Origin: an uncultured Pirellulales bacterium
GTDB lineage: Bacteria > Planctomycetota > Phycisphaerae > Sedimentisphaerales > Anaerobacaceae
Assembly (NCBI GenBank): GCA_964431695.1
Contig: CAYSKI010000020.1
Coordinates: forward strand, 1,877-65,876
DNA length: 64,000 nt
Reading direction: 5' to 3'
Shown: positions 62,602 to 64,000 of the stretch, piece after piece
How positions within the stretch are numbered: position 1 is the first letter of the stretch
Layout: the number at the start of each line of letters is the position of its first letter
Translations under genes and position numbers: made by a program
Notes under the pieces: generated by a model
Database searches by the model: none
What the model was told of the DNA's origin: nothing
The model's input: the letters and a program-made list of their open reading frames with translations, nothing else

Positions 62602-63621
62602 TCATACTTCCCAGTTAAGTTTTTTCCTATACCTATGATAGAACCTGCCTAATAATCCAACTGCAACAAATATCATATAAAGCTGAATCGCCCGAAGGAA
62701 GAATGGCACAATCGGCAGAGGATGAAAACTATAAAAGCGGGAGTTTATCTTGAAACAAATATATGAACCGACAAAGAATATTATGATCAATCCACAATAA
62801 GGTATAAAAGTACTTAATATAGACCGTACTATTAACAACGGATTCAAAGCACTAAACGAATCAAAAAACACTACGGCAAGCAAAACCATCGGAAAAAAGA
62901 ATCCGCCAGAAGCTAAGAGCAACCAATAAATCAAGTCACTTCGTTCGGTAGCGATATAATATATAGCCACAGGACAAAAACAGACAGCGATAGAACCAGC
63001 CACAACAAATAATTGCGATACGCAATCCCACTTATCGGTATCAGTCGGATGCATCCAAAAATCCGGTGCACGACAATGACCTTGAGCACCGTCACGAATA
63101 CACTCGGTAAAGTAATACAGCATATATGAAACCGGAAAAAAATACACGATCGGCGCATATTCTGTACCTAAGCCCACCCTTGCCATGATGAGCGGACAAA
63201 GCAGAAATATTAGAAGCCACAAACTTATAAGATGGATAACACCTGCCAAATTAAACGGGTACAGAAATATATCGATAAACCACGGCAGCTTGGACACAGT
63301 TTTGTCCTCAGGTTTTGTTTCCTCTGCATCCGTGATTTCTCCTGGTTCCTGAAGACCTTTGCACGACCCATCAGGCAATTGTTGTTGAGCAATCGATTCT
63401 ACTGCCGTCTCTCTATTTTGTACAATATCAAAAAGAGAGGAGTCTATGCCGGACACTTTCATATTCTCCTCTACTCCACTTGTGTCTGTGCGTGAAGCGC
63501 TATCATGTAGCCCGGGAACAATGACCCCTTGCCTGCACTTCGGGCACACGACTTTTTTACTGACGTGACTTTCGGGTATATTGAATTCCCGGCCACAGTT
63601 GTCGCAGTGAAACTCAATCAT
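62602..63621 (-). CDS. zinc-ribbon + polytopic membrane protein, paralogue 3
   Basis: MIEFHCDNCGREFNIPESHVSKKVVCPKCRQ, KLPWFIDIFLYP, YFTECIRDGAQGHCRAPD, FDSFSALNP, GRFYHRYRKKLNWEV. Confidence 0.7.
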   Translation of the reverse strand: MIEFHCDNCGREFNIPESHVSKKVVCPKCRQGVIVPGLHDSASRTDTSGVEENMKVSGIDSSLFDIVQNRETAVESIAQQQLPDGSCKGLQEPGEITDAEETKPEDKTVSKLPWFIDIFLYPFNLAGVIHLISLWLLIFLLCPLIMARVGLGTEYAPIVYFFPVSYMLYYFTECIRDGAQGHCRAPDFWMHPTDTDKWDCVSQLFVVAGSIAVCFCPVAIYYIATERSDLIYWLLLASGGFFFPMVLLAVVFFDSFSALNPLLIVRSILSTFIPYCGLIIIFFVGSYICFKINSRFYSFHPLPIVPFFLRAIQLYMIFVAVGLLGRFYHRYRKKLNWEV

Positions 63622-63637
63622 AAATAAAGTTCTCTTG

Positions 63638-64000
63638 TTAAGACTTTAAATCCCATTTTAATTTTTTCTTATACCGCCAGTAAAATCTCCCTGTAAGATG
63701 AGCAAGAATAAAAGCCGCATAAAACATCACAAGCCGAAGGACAAAATCCCAAAATATCGATAACCGCAATTCCAGAAAAATTATACGGACCATTCCGGCA
63801 AAAAGGACAAACAGCAATACAAGTCCCATGTAAGGCCAAAAGGTATTGAGTATCGAGCGCAGTAAAACTCGTGGGTCAAGACCGGAAACGGAATCATGCA
63901 GTATAATCGATAAAAAACTAATCGGATAAAAGAAAATCGCAGCAATCAACAGCATCCAGGCGATAATATCTATCCTCCCGGTAAAAAGGATATAGAGCAC
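63638..64000 (-). CDS. polytopic membrane protein, paralogue 4 (N-terminus outside window)
   Basis: C-terminal 120 aa are visible: HDSVSGLDP..RSILNTFWPY..GRFYWRYKKKLKWDLKS. Confidence 0.65.
   Translation of the reverse strand: MLYILFTGRIDIIAWMLLIAAIFFYPISFLSIILHDSVSGLDPRVLLRSILNTFWPYMGLVLLFVLFAGMVRIIFLELRLSIFWDFVLRLVMFYAAFILAHLTGRFYWRYKKKLKWDLKS

Noticed and set aside
1-64000. CRISPR arrays, rRNA genes, retron/DGR reverse transcriptases, integrases, prophage structural genes.
   Set aside because: No array of 25-40-nt direct repeats with unique spacers was seen; the only tandem structures are 7-nt tracts and the CTAAAG array. No rRNA-like conserved blocks are present. None of the ORF-track proteins shows RT (YxDD), tyrosine/serine recombinase or capsid/terminase motifs.

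Overview
This is a 64 kb chromosomal segment, about 45-60% GC by eye. It looks like a PVC-superphylum bacterium, probably Planctomycetota/Phycisphaerae-like. The evidence for that placement is two DUF1559/H-X9-DG-type pseudopilins, an ECF sigma/anti-sigma pair, many secreted glycoside hydrolases and dispersed operons.

Most of the window is core housekeeping:
- ppdK (3' end), tRNA-His, trmB, dnaE
- a TPP riboswitch controlling a thi4-type thiazole synthase
- pgsA, rimO, rpsB-tsf-pyrH-frr, asd, truA, ahcY, an aconitase, hisD

A loose carbohydrate-utilisation set is also present: a SASA-type O-acetylesterase, a GH35-like enzyme, GH3, GH53, a Tat-exported Gfo/Idh/MocA oxidoreductase and a BASS transporter.

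No rRNA, no CRISPR array and no obvious prophage or defence island were seen.

The items most worth a second look:
1. A pseudopilin whose C-terminus is a Hint/intein-like autoprocessing domain (51274-52551). It sits behind a consensus promoter and a ~560-nt structured leader.
2. An array of at least 4 tandem paralogous membrane proteins, some with a zinc-ribbon N-terminus, running off the window edge (60752-64000).
3. STRR-like degenerate heptanucleotide tracts that occur in intergenic DNA and also in-frame inside truA and a GT4 glycosyltransferase.
4. An IS200-like Y1 transposase bracketed by perfect 26-nt inverted hairpin repeats, abutting an HNH-AP2 endonuclease gene.
5. A dyad-symmetric CTAAAG/CTTTAG motif array between a GGDEF gene and a single-HKD PLD gene.

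All functional calls come from motif recognition by eye. No searches were run, and the named DUF families are recollections that need HMM confirmation.
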